In this document: positions 1-10,320 of the stretch, one piece after another | Layout: each line of letters opens with the position of its first letter | Numbering within the stretch: the stretch's first letter is position 1 | DNA from: Vulcanimicrobiota bacterium | GTDB taxonomy: Bacteria; Vulcanimicrobiota; Vulcanimicrobiia; Vulcanimicrobiales; Vulcanimicrobiaceae | Reading direction: 5' to 3' | Assembly: GCA_963812155.1 (NCBI GenBank) | Contig: CAWETW010000003.1 | Coordinates: forward strand, 1,056,001-1,120,000 | Length of the DNA stretch: 64,000 nt | The notes under the pieces: model-generated | Told to the model about the DNA's origin: nothing | Databases searched by the model: none | The model's input: only the letters and a program-made list of their open reading frames with translations | Made by a program: the position numbers and the translations under genes

Positions 1-42
1 ACTGACTTTCACACTTTCATGAAAGAAAAGGGAAATTCATCA

Positions 43-1133
43 ATGAAGATTTCCAACTCGGCCAAGTACGTCATCGGCGTATCGGCGGCCGTTGCTCTCC
101 TCGCCGGCTGTACGGGCAATGGCGGGACGGGCCTGACCCCCTCGAATTCTATGGCGCCGTCCGCGCATCGCACGATGGGCGCCAATCACAAAGTGAACCT
201 TTCCGAGACGCTCGTTGTCCCGCGTAGCGTGAAAGCGAACCTCTCGCACAAGATTCAGAACGAGCACCTCGTTAAGCCCAACTGCTGCGCGCTGCAAAAG
301 ACGCTGTTCGTGACCGACGCATTCGGCGGATCGAGCTTCACGGGCGCCGTGTACATGTTCGACTACAACTCGGGCGCTTCGCTCGGTCAAGTCGCGGCTC
401 CGCCGGAAGGCTTCAGTGAAGTCCAGGGCGCCTGCTCCGACACCAGCGGCAACGTCTACTTCGCAAACACGGGCATGTCGACGGTCGACGAATACACCCA
501 CAGCGGTTCGTTCGTCTCCTCCTCTCCGGATCCGGGCCAGTTCCCGGTCGGCTGTGCGTTTGACAAGTCCAGCCGGAAACCTCGCGATCATGAACATCAT
601 CGACACGAGCGGCGGCCCCGGCAGCGTCCGCGATCGGCGGCAACACGTACTTCCCGTCCAACATGTCCCGCGTATACTTCGGTGGATACATGGGCAAGAC
701 GGGCGTGCTGTACATCTCGGGCTCCGATTCGTCGGGCTTCTTCCAGTACGACTCGTTTAGCGGCGGCTCGTTCACGAACGTCGGCGTCCACGGCGCCAGC
801 GTCGGCTTCCCGGGCACGGTTGCGTACTCGGCGATGAACAAGTGGATGAACGTTGGCGACCAAGACACGTTCTCGGCCCCGACCTTCTACCAGGTCGATG
901 CCTCGGGTAACGTTCAAGGCTCGACGGTAACGGAATGCACGCAGTCCTCGGATTTCTGCGACATCGTCCAAGCGGCGATCAAGGGACCGGGAATCGTCGG
1001 AGCGGATGCAGTTCTGCTCAGCGCCAACCGTTTCGCCTATCCGGCCGGCGGCGCGCCGACGCTTAACTACCCGGCTGCTTACGTGCAGCCGATCGGTGCC
1101 ACAGTCAGCCCGAACAAGGGCGGCGGCGACTAG
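43..1133 (+). CDS. Secreted lipoprotein, probable beta-propeller; split by two apparent +1 indels (~574, ~629)
   Basis: Lipobox ALLAGC. Joining ORFs 19..837, 416..760 and 663..1133 gives a protein colinear with paralogue 3872..4954 (shared HLVKPNCCALQKTLF, NIIDTSGGPGS, DQDTFSAPTFY, SDFCDI). Confidence 0.8.
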
Positions 1134-1168
1134 CCTAACCTACCAACGTATCGGGAATCAATCGGAAA

Positions 1169-1200
1169 AACGGGCTCGCTTAGGCGAGCCCGTTCCTTTT
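1169..1200 (+). terminator. Rho-independent terminator
   Basis: AACGGGCTCGC-TTAG-GCGAGCCCGTT stem followed by CCTTTT, 35 nt after the stop of the upstream gene. Confidence 0.75.
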
Positions 1201-1299
1201 GTCTTTATTCGGCCCAACTCGTCGTCAGGTCGGCCCTCGATTACCGTAGTAAACTTCGGGCCGACCTTCCTAGATTTGGGGCGAATAAAGACAAAAGGA
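1194..1299. repeat. 106-bp long imperfect palindrome (MITE-like or structured RNA)
   Basis: Perfect 18-bp terminal inverted repeat TCCTTTTGTCTTTATTCG/CGAATAAAGACAAAAGGA, inner 10-bp IR AGGTCGGCCC/GGGCCGACCT, flanked by CGT on both sides. Confidence 0.7.
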
Positions 1300-1307
1300 C
1301 GTGGCGG

Positions 1308-3740
1308 CTAGGCGAAATCGAGGGACGCTTCGCCGGCGGAGCCGAGCAATGCGAGATTGACGGCGTCGTCGGCGCTCAGCGATGCACCGGTTGCGGTCAA
1401 GGCCGACAGTTGCGCATCTGGAACGTTTGCTCGAAGCGACGCTTCAAGGCGCGTTCGCGTGGTGCTCTCGGTGTGTTCGCGCATGTAGCCCTCTCGCTCG
1501 TGCGCGGCCTCGGCGTAGCCGGCCAGCGTGGCCGCAACTTCATAGTCGGATTCGAGGGCGAAGACGAGCGCGAGGTGCTCCAGTGCGTTCGTCATGGAAT
1601 AAATGTCGGGATACAGACGATGGCCTTCGAGCAAAACCTGCCGGGCGGCTTCCTTCGCTTCACCGAGCCGTCCGGATGCGACGAGATACCCGCAAAGATT
1701 GGAGAGGCACAGTATCACGCTGACGCGATCGTCGGTCGCATGAAACTCGTCTATCGCTTGGCTAACGAGACTTACGGCTTCGCCGGTGTTGCCGCGCCAA
1801 TGCTCGTTCTCCGCCTGGTTTTGGGCGCACACGGCCGCCTCGGTGACGTCCCCGGCCGCGAGAAGCAGAGCGCGTAAGTCGCTGAAAAACATCGTGGCCG
1901 AGTCGTAGTCGCCGCTCAACGCCCACGCGGTTGCCCTCAGAAAGCGCGACCGATGGGTGGGGCCGGCGTATTGGTCGTGCGCATCGAGCGCATCCAATGC
2001 TTCGGCAACCCTGCCGCGCCGTATGAGAGCGTGCGCGTAAGCCGTCAGCGCGACGCTCAAGGCTACCCCATCGCCGGATGCGCGCGCCTCCTCGAGAGCG
2101 CGCTCTGCGGAGGTCATACAGAGATCGGGGTCGGTGTTGCAGGACGTGTAGGCGATCGTCGACCAGAGGTTCGCCGCGAGCTCGTGTTCCGTGCCTGGCA
2201 GCAGCGACGCATAGCCTTGCGCGCGCCGCAGTCCCTCGTCGTGAAGCCCCGCCCGTCTCCAGCTGACGCCGACGGCGGCCAGCAGCCGGGCGCCTTCGCA
2301 GACGTCGTGCTCGATGGCCCAGTCGAGCGCGGCGCGCACCTCTTCAAGTTCCGCCGCGAAGACGGCGTCCCGGCGGGTGGTGTTTACGGTCGACGGCGCC
2401 TCGGCCGGAACCGATCCGAAGATGCTTTGGAAGTACCGAAGATGGCATCGCGATATTACATCCCGTTCGGCCGGTTCCGATAACCGTTTGGCGTATGCGC
2501 GCGTGGATTCCAAAAGACGGAAGCGTTGCTCGCCGTCACGCGCTTCTCGTACGACCAAAGATTTATTTACGAGCGACTGCAGCGTATCGACGATCTCGAA
2601 CTCCTGGATGCTTGCATCCTTGCCGACGGCAATCGCACCCTCGAAGGTGAAACTACTGGCAAACACGGCCACGCGCCGAAGCAGCGTCCGCTCGCGCTCT
2701 TCGAGTAACTGATAGCTCCAGTCGATCGCTGCCAACAAGGTTTGCTGGCGGGCAAGCACGTCGCGCCGGCCGCCCGCCAGCAGATGAAAGCGCTCGTCAA
2801 GCCGTCGAGCGAGCTGCTGCGGAGTGAAAATCTTTACGCGCGCGGCAGCGAGTTCGATCGCGAGAGGTATGCCGTCGACGCGGCGGCAGATATCGGCGAT
2901 GACGTCGTGGTTTTCCGGCGTCAACGCAAAGGCGTCGTCGATTGCGGCCGCCCGCTCGGCAAAGAGCGTTACCGCTGCCTCGGGAGCGAGGGAAGGCATT
3001 CGAAACGTCGCTTCCCCTTGAATCTCGAGGGGTTGTCGCGAAGAAGCGAGGATCGCGAGTTGCGGACACTCCCGAAGCAATCGCGCGGCAACCGTAGCGA
3101 CGCCGGCGATGACGTGCTCGCAGTTGTCGAAAATCAAGAGGGCTTGCAAGCGCTTCAACGCTCGTCCGAGTTGCGCCAACGGATCGGCCTGGCCGATGAG
3201 CTGCACGCCCATCGCCGCGGCCACCGTGGTGGCGATGAGTTCGGCATTCGTTAGCGGTGCCAACTCGACGAACCAAACGCCGTCGGGAAATTGGTTCAGC
3301 AGGTCTTCCCCGACCTGTAGGGACGCGCGCGTCTTGCCTACGCCGCCGGCGCCCACAATCGTGACCAACCGATGGGTCGCAAGCAGGCTGGTAATCCGCG
3401 CCACTTCGTCTTCCCGCCCGACGAGATCGGAAAGCAGCGGCGGCAGATTCGTCCGCGCTTCATCCCCGCCCGCGCCCCGCGCTGCAGCGCCGGGACGGCG
3501 CCCACGGGCGTGCTCCGCCGCAGCGGTGAGTTCGTCACAGGCTTCGCCTCGTACGTCCAGCGCTTCAATCAATAACGCCAGGGTATCGCGATGGGGTGCC
3601 CGGCGGATGCCGCGCTCGTAGGCGCCCACGGCCTGAGCGCTAATTCGAGCCCGTTCCGCGAGCTGCTCTTGAGATAACCCGGCACCTACCCGTAACCGCT
3701 TGAGCAGCGTCCCGAAACTGAAAGCCTCCTGCTGCTGCAC
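1308..3740 (-). CDS. XRE-HTH + P-loop ATPase (NB-ARC/COG3903-like) + TPR-like transcriptional regulator
   Basis: N-terminal LLKRLR..GLSQEQLAERARIS helix-turn-helix, Walker A GAGGVGKT, Walker B LLIFDNCEH, DGIPLAIELAAAR motif, helical-repeat C-terminus. Confidence 0.9.
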   Translation of the reverse strand: MQQQEAFSFGTLLKRLRVGAGLSQEQLAERARISAQAVGAYERGIRRAPHRDTLALLIEALDVRGEACDELTAAAEHARGRRPGAAARGAGGDEARTNLPPLLSDLVGREDEVARITSLLATHRLVTIVGAGGVGKTRASLQVGEDLLNQFPDGVWFVELAPLTNAELIATTVAAAMGVQLIGQADPLAQLGRALKRLQALLIFDNCEHVIAGVATVAARLLRECPQLAILASSRQPLEIQGEATFRMPSLAPEAAVTLFAERAAAIDDAFALTPENHDVIADICRRVDGIPLAIELAAARVKIFTPQQLARRLDERFHLLAGGRRDVLARQQTLLAAIDWSYQLLEERERTLLRRVAVFASSFTFEGAIAVGKDASIQEFEIVDTLQSLVNKSLVVREARDGEQRFRLLESTRAYAKRLSEPAERDVISRCHLRYFQSIFGSVPAEAPSTVNTTRRDAVFAAELEEVRAALDWAIEHDVCEGARLLAAVGVSWRRAGLHDEGLRRAQGYASLLPGTEHELAANLWSTIAYTSCNTDPDLCMTSAERALEEARASGDGVALSVALTAYAHALIRRGRVAEALDALDAHDQYAGPTHRSRFLRATAWALSGDYDSATMFFSDLRALLLAAGDVTEAAVCAQNQAENEHWRGNTGEAVSLVSQAIDEFHATDDRVSVILCLSNLCGYLVASGRLGEAKEAARQVLLEGHRLYPDIYSMTNALEHLALVFALESDYEVAATLAGYAEAAHEREGYMREHTESTTRTRLEASLRANVPDAQLSALTATGASLSADDAVNLALLGSAGEASLDFA

Positions 3741-3871
3741 CGGCGCCTCCGTTACGGAATTGGCAATACCGTCGAACCTACGGCGCGCTTAGCCGGTTGC
3801 CTTCTAATTGTACTGGTTAACTGTATGGGTGTCGGTGTTTTCCTCTAGCCAAAATCCGGCACGATTGGGAG

Positions 3872-4954
3872 ATGATGAGATACTTCTGCTGTGCCTGCGC
3901 CGTCGTAGCGCTTCTATCGGGTTGTTCGAGCAACGGCGGCTCGCAGATAGCGCCTTCCGGCGACTCGGTGGCTGGACCACAGCGCTCGACGATGGGCCGA
4001 AGCCACAAGGTCGAGGCTTCCGAAACGCTGGTGGTGCCCATGAGCGTCAAGCCGAATCTGAGCCGGAAAATCCGTGACGAGCACCTCGTAAAGCCGAACT
4101 GCTGTGCGCTTCAAAAGACGCTCTTTCTCGGCGACGCCTTCGGCGGCTCGAGTTTCACCGGCGCGATTTATATGTTCGACTACGTGACGGGCGTTGCGCT
4201 CGGGCAAGTCGCGGCACCGCCGGAAGGCTTCGACGAAGTGCAGGGCGGATGCTCCGACGACAACGGCAACGTGTACTTCGCGAACACGGGCACGTCGACG
4301 ATCGACGAATTCAACCATAGCGGCACCTACCTCGCGACCTTCCAAGATCCGGGAGAGTTTCCCGTCGACTGCTCGTACGATAGGTCGAGCGGCGACCTTG
4401 CGGTGTCGAACATCATCGATACGAGCGGAGGGCCCGGCAGCTTCTCGATCTTCAAAAACGGCGTATTGCAGCGCACCTACGTTCCGCCGAACATGTCGCG
4501 CGTGTACGCCGTCGCCTACGAAGGCAAGACCGGCGTACTATGGCTCGACGGCGCGGACTCGTCAGGAATCTTCGCGTTGGACACGTTTTTCGACGGGACG
4601 TTCAAGGTCATCGGCATCCACGGTGCGACCATAGGCTTCCCGGGAACGCTTCAGTGGTCGGCGCAGACCAAGACGATAGTGCTCGGCGACCAGGACACGT
4701 TCAGCGCGCCGACGTTCTACTGGATTGACGACAACGGCAACGTCGTCGGTCAGACCGTATTGGAGTGCGGCCAAACGTCGGATTTCTGCGACATCGCTCA
4801 GGCCGCCATCAAAGGGTCTGGCATCGTGGGTGGGGATGCGGTTGCCCTGACGGCGGCGAGGTTCCCGTTCTCGGCCGGAGGCGCACCGGTATTGGAATAT
4901 CCAGCGCCGTTCGTGCAGCCAATCGGTTCGGCGGTGAGCGCAAACAAGAACTAG
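3872..4954 (+). CDS. Secreted lipoprotein, probable beta-propeller (paralogue of 43..1133)
   Basis: Lipobox LLSGC, GNVYFAN/GDLAVSN blade motifs, extensive identity to the first gene. Confidence 0.85.
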   Translation: MMRYFCCACAVVALLSGCSSNGGSQIAPSGDSVAGPQRSTMGRSHKVEASETLVVPMSVKPNLSRKIRDEHLVKPNCCALQKTLFLGDAFGGSSFTGAIYMFDYVTGVALGQVAAPPEGFDEVQGGCSDDNGNVYFANTGTSTIDEFNHSGTYLATFQDPGEFPVDCSYDRSSGDLAVSNIIDTSGGPGSFSIFKNGVLQRTYVPPNMSRVYAVAYEGKTGVLWLDGADSSGIFALDTFFDGTFKVIGIHGATIGFPGTLQWSAQTKTIVLGDQDTFSAPTFYWIDDNGNVVGQTVLECGQTSDFCDIAQAAIKGSGIVGGDAVALTAARFPFSAGGAPVLEYPAPFVQPIGSAVSANKN

Positions 4955-4960
4955 CAGCGC

Positions 4961-6349
4961 TTATTCGGTGTCGACGGGGCCGTAGGACGGCGGGCGGTGC
5001 AGAAAGTAATCGCGCCCTTCTTGCGACGGAATCACTTTGAAGTGGCGCGCTCTTTGGTTGAAGTGGAAGATGTCGCCGATCGATTTGGCGCGCACGTCGG
5101 TCGTTCCGAGCGAGCCGAGATGGAATGTCCCCTCGACGAACTTCAGGATGCTGCCGAACTCGTATTGCGTGTGCGAGATCGTGCCGGGCGCAACGTACGG
5201 TGAGATGACGAGCATCGGCACGCGGAAGCCGAGGCCGCCCGCGTTGTCGAAAAATGCCGGCGGAACGTGATCGTACCAGCCGCCCCAGTCGTCCCAGACG
5301 ACGACGATAACGGTGGAGTTCCAGTAACTGCTCGTGCCGATCGCATTGACGACCGATGCGACCCACGCAGGGCCGGTGTATTTGCCGGTCTTCGTGTGCG
5401 CGTGGTCGGAATCGACTTGATCGGGAATCACCCAGGAGACCGCCGGCAGTTGTGAATTCGTGACGTCGTTCAAGATGTTCGTTTCGGGCATCGAAATGTT
5501 CGTCGCCCACTCGGGGCCGTTGTAGACCGCGTCGATGGCGGCAAAGGCATTCCACAGCACGCCGACGGTATTGGGCTTATGCGGCGGCGCGTAGTATTTC
5601 CACGAAACGTGCTTGGCGTCGAGGAGATCGCGCATCGTGCCCGTCGAGTAGGTCAAGCACGGAAAGGGACCGCCATCTTGCAGATATTGGCCGGTTTTGG
5701 TCAACATCGGCGTCACCGTGCCGGTTTTTGCGTTGCAGCCCCAGTTGTTACTCGAGGGATAGTCGATGAGGCTGCCGATGTGGTTGTTGTACACCTGGTG
5801 CGTCGTGCCGGCAATCAGATCTTGATGGGCGGTAAAGCTCCCGCTGCCTTGGGTTTGGAACATGTTGTCGGCGAGGGCGTACTCTTGAGCCAGCGTCCAG
5901 TACTGTTGAATCTGCGACGGATCCACGTACTGATAGGGATAGAGGCCCGCGGGGTTGTTGCCGTTGATGCCCTCGAGGTTAAAACCGTCCATGCCGCCAT
6001 TGTCGTAGGCGCCGATGTAGGGCTGATAGCCGTGATTGATATCGAGGCCGGCGAGCGTGGTCTGCGTGAGCGGCGTTTGCGTGCGAACGTATTTGGCGCC
6101 GACTTTCTTCAAATAGTAGCCCGTCGTCGTGCCGTTGGCCCCCGGAAACGTCGCGAAGAAGTTGTCGAAGCTGCGGTTCTCTTGAATCATGATGACGACG
6201 TGCTGGATGGGGGTCGTCGCAGGACGAACGGCGCCCGCTCGCGTGCCGGCAGCCGCCGGAATAGACGGCGGCGCCCCGGATCCGCCGGCGCACGCCGCGA
6301 GGCCGGGCGTAAGCGCGAGCGCGGCGATGACTGCACGTCGGGCGATCAT
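4961..6349 (-). CDS. Phosphoesterase / phospholipase C (AcpA/PlcH-like, alkaline phosphatase superfamily) lipoprotein
   Basis: IQHVVIMIQENRSFDNFF, VVWDDWGGWYDHVPP and GFRVPMLVISPY motifs; lipobox LAAC. Confidence 0.9.
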   Translation of the reverse strand: MIARRAVIAALALTPGLAACAGGSGAPPSIPAAAGTRAGAVRPATTPIQHVVIMIQENRSFDNFFATFPGANGTTTGYYLKKVGAKYVRTQTPLTQTTLAGLDINHGYQPYIGAYDNGGMDGFNLEGINGNNPAGLYPYQYVDPSQIQQYWTLAQEYALADNMFQTQGSGSFTAHQDLIAGTTHQVYNNHIGSLIDYPSSNNWGCNAKTGTVTPMLTKTGQYLQDGGPFPCLTYSTGTMRDLLDAKHVSWKYYAPPHKPNTVGVLWNAFAAIDAVYNGPEWATNISMPETNILNDVTNSQLPAVSWVIPDQVDSDHAHTKTGKYTGPAWVASVVNAIGTSSYWNSTVIVVVWDDWGGWYDHVPPAFFDNAGGLGFRVPMLVISPYVAPGTISHTQYEFGSILKFVEGTFHLGSLGTTDVRAKSIGDIFHFNQRARHFKVIPSQEGRDYFLHRPPSYGPVDTE

Positions 6350-6358
6350 GAACTGCTC

Positions 6359-7711
6359 CTATTCTGTGTCGACGGGTTCCAACGACGGCGGCTTATGCAC
6401 CAGAAACGAACGCGAGAACTCCGCAGGGATCGGAACGAACGCGCGCGGCGGCTGACTGAAATCGAACACATCGCCAATCGATGCAGCGCGCGCGTCGCTG
6501 CGCCCCATTTGCGCCAGTCCCCAGTTGTCCTCGATAAAGCGCAAAATGCTTGCGAACTCGTACTGCGTGTGCGAAATATAGCCCTGCGGTACGTAGGGCG
6601 ATACGACGAGCATTGGAACCCGGAAGCCAAGCCCTTGGTAGTCGAGTTGCGGCGGCGGCTCGTGGTCGTAAAAACCACCCCAGTCATCCCAAATCACGAC
6701 GATCGCCGTCGAATTCCAATCCGGACCCTCGCCGATGGCGTCGACGACGCGCGCAACCCACGAGGGACCGTAGTGCGCTCCGGAGCCGGGATGATCGGAG
6801 TCATGTTTATCGGGAATCACCCACGCCACGGCCGGCAGCGTTCCGGCGTCGGCGTCGGTGAAGATTTTGGATTGCGGCGTAACCACATTGGCGTGCCAGT
6901 CAGGACCGTACCGGACGGCCCGAATCGCATCGAACGCGCTCCACAGCCATCCGCCGTTTCTGAATGAGAACCGTGGCGTGTAGTAGCGCCACGACAACCC
7001 TTTCGCGTCGAGTTCGTCTGCGATGGTGCCGTAGTCGAGACACGGAAACGGACCCTGATCGTGCATGTACTGGTTTTTCGTGATGAGCGACGTCTTCGTA
7101 CCGCTGGGTGCGTCGCATCCCCACGGCATGTTGTTCGGCGTGTCGACGAGACTCGCGCCGGGACCGATCGGCGTACCGGCCGCGATTAAGTCTTGATGTC
7201 CCAGGAAACTGCCGCTGCTCTGCCGCTCGAACATGTGGTCGGCGAGCACGTACTGCTGCGCGAGCGTCCAGTATGGCTGGATTTTCGCGGGGTCGACGTA
7301 CTGATAGGGAAAGAGACCGGCCGGCGGACCGCCGCCGCTGCCGAAATGAATGAGATCGAAACCGTCCATCTTGCCGCCGTCGTACTCTTTTACGAACGTC
7401 TGCCATTGGTGGGTAATGTCGTTTTGATCCTCGAGCCGCGCCTTCTTCAACTCGACGGTTTCGCCAGTGTGAGTGAGCCCGCTCGTCGCACCATCGGCGC
7501 CGGGAAACGTTGCGAAGAGATTGTCGAAACTGCGGTTCTCTTGCACGATGATGACGACGTGTTTAATCTGCCGCTGCATACGAGGGCCGGAAGTTGCGCT
7601 CATCCGTCCCGGCGTGAAGCGAAAATCGCCGGACGCTTGCGGAGGTCGCCCGCAAGCCGCCCCGGCGAGCAGCGCAACAAAGCAAAGAAGATGTAGGCCG
7701 GGGATCTTCAC
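6359..7711 (-). CDS. Phosphoesterase / phospholipase C family protein
   Basis: HVVIIVQENRSFDNLF, WDDWGGFYDH, GFRVPMLVVSPY. Start placed at GTG 7711, which precedes the signal peptide. Confidence 0.88.
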   Translation of the reverse strand: MKIPGLHLLCFVALLAGAACGRPPQASGDFRFTPGRMSATSGPRMQRQIKHVVIIVQENRSFDNLFATFPGADGATSGLTHTGETVELKKARLEDQNDITHQWQTFVKEYDGGKMDGFDLIHFGSGGGPPAGLFPYQYVDPAKIQPYWTLAQQYVLADHMFERQSSGSFLGHQDLIAAGTPIGPGASLVDTPNNMPWGCDAPSGTKTSLITKNQYMHDQGPFPCLDYGTIADELDAKGLSWRYYTPRFSFRNGGWLWSAFDAIRAVRYGPDWHANVVTPQSKIFTDADAGTLPAVAWVIPDKHDSDHPGSGAHYGPSWVARVVDAIGEGPDWNSTAIVVIWDDWGGFYDHEPPPQLDYQGLGFRVPMLVVSPYVPQGYISHTQYEFASILRFIEDNWGLAQMGRSDARAASIGDVFDFSQPPRAFVPIPAEFSRSFLVHKPPSLEPVDTE

Positions 7712-7797
7712 CGGCACCAGATACCCGGTGCGCGGGAGCGGTTCCCCCGTACGCGCTTTCGAGGGTTCGAACGCGGCGGCACGAAGCCGGAGTCGCG

Positions 7798-9159
7798 ATG
7801 ATGCACGTCCAGCGTGCCTGCGCCGTTCTCGCGCTCGCTGCATGCGTGGGGCCGACTGCCTGTGCTTCGAGCGGCGTGCCGCACGCATCCGGGTTTACGC
7901 CGGCGACGGTCGAGATCGCGCCGGCCGCCAGTTCGCATTACATCCGGCACGTCGTCTTGATCGTGCAAGAAAATCGCACGTTCGACAATTTCTTTTCGAC
8001 CTATCCCGGCGCCGATGGTGCGACGACCGGCAAGATGCACAACGGCAAGACCGTCAAGCTGAAGAAGATTCCGCTCGAGGGACCGACGCTCGATAACGGC
8101 TGGGCGTCGTTCGACACCGCGTACGACGGCGGAAAGATGGACGGCTTCGATCTCGACAAGTGGGGCGGCCCCGGGCACGCGGGCACGCAGCCGTACACGT
8201 ACGTGGATCCGAAAGTCATCGCACCCTACTGGACGTTGGCGAGTCGCTTCGTGCTCGGCGACGAGATGTTTCAAGGTGAAGGCAGCGGCAGTTTCACGGC
8301 ACACCAAGAACTCGTCGCCGGTGGCGAACGCATCGATGCAGACGATGCGCTGGTGAACTGGCCGTATACGCCGCAACCGGGCAGCCACGCGTGGGGATGC
8401 GATGCTCCGCACGGGACGGTGACGTCGCTCATTACGAAAGACAATGCGTACGAGAACAAACGAGGCCCGTTTCCGTGCCTTACCTATGAGTCGCTCGCCG
8501 ATGAGCTCGACGCCCACCACATCAACTGGCGGTATTACTCGGGATTACTGCAGCCCGGAGGCGCCGGCTATATGTGGAACGCGTACGATGCCATCAAGTC
8601 GATACGGTACGGACCGGACTGGAACTCCGACATCTCGACGCCGTCGACGAACGTGCTGCACGACGTCCCGCATGGCAAGCTGGCGGCCGTGACGTGGGTG
8701 ACGCCCTCGGTTCCCGATTCCGACCACGAATACAACGGCAAGGATCACGGACCGTCGTGGGTGGCCTCGGTCGTGAATACGATTGGCGAAAGCCGGTTTT
8801 GGGATTCGACTGCGATCGTCGTCGTGTGGGACGACTGGGGCGGCCACTACGATCACGTACCGCCAAAACAATACGGCTACGGCGAACTCGGCTTTCGCGT
8901 TCCCTTGCTCGTGATCTCGCCGTACGTGCATTCAGGACACATTTCGCATACCCAGTATGAGTTCGGCAGCATTCTGCGCTTCATCGAAGACAACTGGGGT
9001 CTGCAGCCGATGCAGGCCGACGACCGTCGCGCGACGAGCATCGGCGACGTCTTCGATTTTACGATGAAGCCGCGTCCGTTCGCGCCGATCCCGTCGGACG
9101 AACCGCTCGCGCACTTCCAGCACGAGCCGCCTTCGAACTATCCGCCCGACGGCCCCTAG
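7798..9159 (+). CDS. Phosphoesterase / phospholipase C family protein
   Basis: HVVLIVQENRTFDNFF, WDDWGGHYDHVPP, GFRVPLLVISPY; signal peptide with Cys. Confidence 0.9.
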   Translation: MMHVQRACAVLALAACVGPTACASSGVPHASGFTPATVEIAPAASSHYIRHVVLIVQENRTFDNFFSTYPGADGATTGKMHNGKTVKLKKIPLEGPTLDNGWASFDTAYDGGKMDGFDLDKWGGPGHAGTQPYTYVDPKVIAPYWTLASRFVLGDEMFQGEGSGSFTAHQELVAGGERIDADDALVNWPYTPQPGSHAWGCDAPHGTVTSLITKDNAYENKRGPFPCLTYESLADELDAHHINWRYYSGLLQPGGAGYMWNAYDAIKSIRYGPDWNSDISTPSTNVLHDVPHGKLAAVTWVTPSVPDSDHEYNGKDHGPSWVASVVNTIGESRFWDSTAIVVVWDDWGGHYDHVPPKQYGYGELGFRVPLLVISPYVHSGHISHTQYEFGSILRFIEDNWGLQPMQADDRRATSIGDVFDFTMKPRPFAPIPSDEPLAHFQHEPPSNYPPDGP

Positions 9160-9248
9160 GCGGACGCCGAAGTCACGATGCCTGAAGGCGAAAACTCCAC
9201 GAGTCGCAAAACCTTAGTAAGAACAGCCGGGTGTGGAGGAAACGTGTG

Positions 9249-10319
9249 ATGCGGTTGCGCGGCCTTATTATTGCTTACGTTAGCGGCGTCGTCTTGAGCG
9301 CTTGCGGCGCTGCCGTTCAACCGGCGGCGAATACAGCGACGCTGCCACGGATAGCCGCGGCAGGAGCAGCCGCCGGGGCCGCTTCGCGCGCCGCAAAGAA
9401 AGGCAGCCTCTACGTGGCGAACACTGGGGCCAATACGGTCACGGTCTACGCCGCTGGGGCCAATTCGGTCACGCGTACCATTTCCAAGGGGGTAAATGCC
9501 CCCGACGCACTTGCGTTCGACAGCGCGAACAATCTCTACGTAGCGAACGCCGGTGCCGGCACGGTAACGGTATACGCTCCCGGCAGCGGCTCCGTTTTGA
9601 GGTCGATTTCCGAAGGCGTTGACGGCCCGCGCGCCCTCGCGTTCGATGGTACGGGTAATCTTTACGTCGCAAACGGCGCGGCCAATACGGTAACCGTGTA
9701 CGCCCCGGGCGGGAAATCCGTTCTTCGCACCATCGATCAAGGCATAAACGTGCCCGATGCGCTTGCAACCGGCAACGGGGGAAGCCTCGACGTCGGCAAT
9801 GTGTACGGGGCGGGCTACAGCGGCGGAACGGTAACGGTATATAAGCCCGGCAACGGAGAGCCAAAACGCACACTGCCCCAGGGCAGTGCCCCGGTCGCGC
9901 TGTTGTATGATGCTTCGGGAAATCTCTACGTTGCTAATGACAGCCCACCTTGCTGTTACGAGAACTGGGTCACCGTTTATTCGCCAACTAAAGAGTTACT
10001 GCGGACGATCAATCTCGTCCATCATCCCGACGCCCTCGCATTCGACGGCTCCGGCAACTTGTACGTTGCGGACAATGGCGGCAAGTACGGACATCCAGTC
10101 GGTCAGATTACCGTATTCGCTCCGGGGAGTAACGCCGTTTTACGAACGATCTCAATGGCCGTGCATCATCCCGTTGCGCTGCAAGTGGATGGTCTCGGAA
10201 GTCTTTTCGTCGCAAACAACAGCACAAGCACCGTTACGGTCTATGCCGGCGGAGAGACGCTCCAACGGACTATTTCGGAAGGCATTAACGCCCCAAGCGC
10301 GCTCGCGTTCGGGCCGTAA
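9249..10319 (+). CDS. NHL-type beta-propeller lipoprotein
   Basis: Lipobox LSAC; about 7 repeats of LYVAN..NTVTVYAPG...LRTISxGxxxPxALAFD; GGAGG RBS upstream. Confidence 0.88.
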   Translation: MRLRGLIIAYVSGVVLSACGAAVQPAANTATLPRIAAAGAAAGAASRAAKKGSLYVANTGANTVTVYAAGANSVTRTISKGVNAPDALAFDSANNLYVANAGAGTVTVYAPGSGSVLRSISEGVDGPRALAFDGTGNLYVANGAANTVTVYAPGGKSVLRTIDQGINVPDALATGNGGSLDVGNVYGAGYSGGTVTVYKPGNGEPKRTLPQGSAPVALLYDASGNLYVANDSPPCCYENWVTVYSPTKELLRTINLVHHPDALAFDGSGNLYVADNGGKYGHPVGQITVFAPGSNAVLRTISMAVHHPVALQVDGLGSLFVANNSTSTVTVYAGGETLQRTISEGINAPSALAFGP

Positions 10320-10320
10320 C

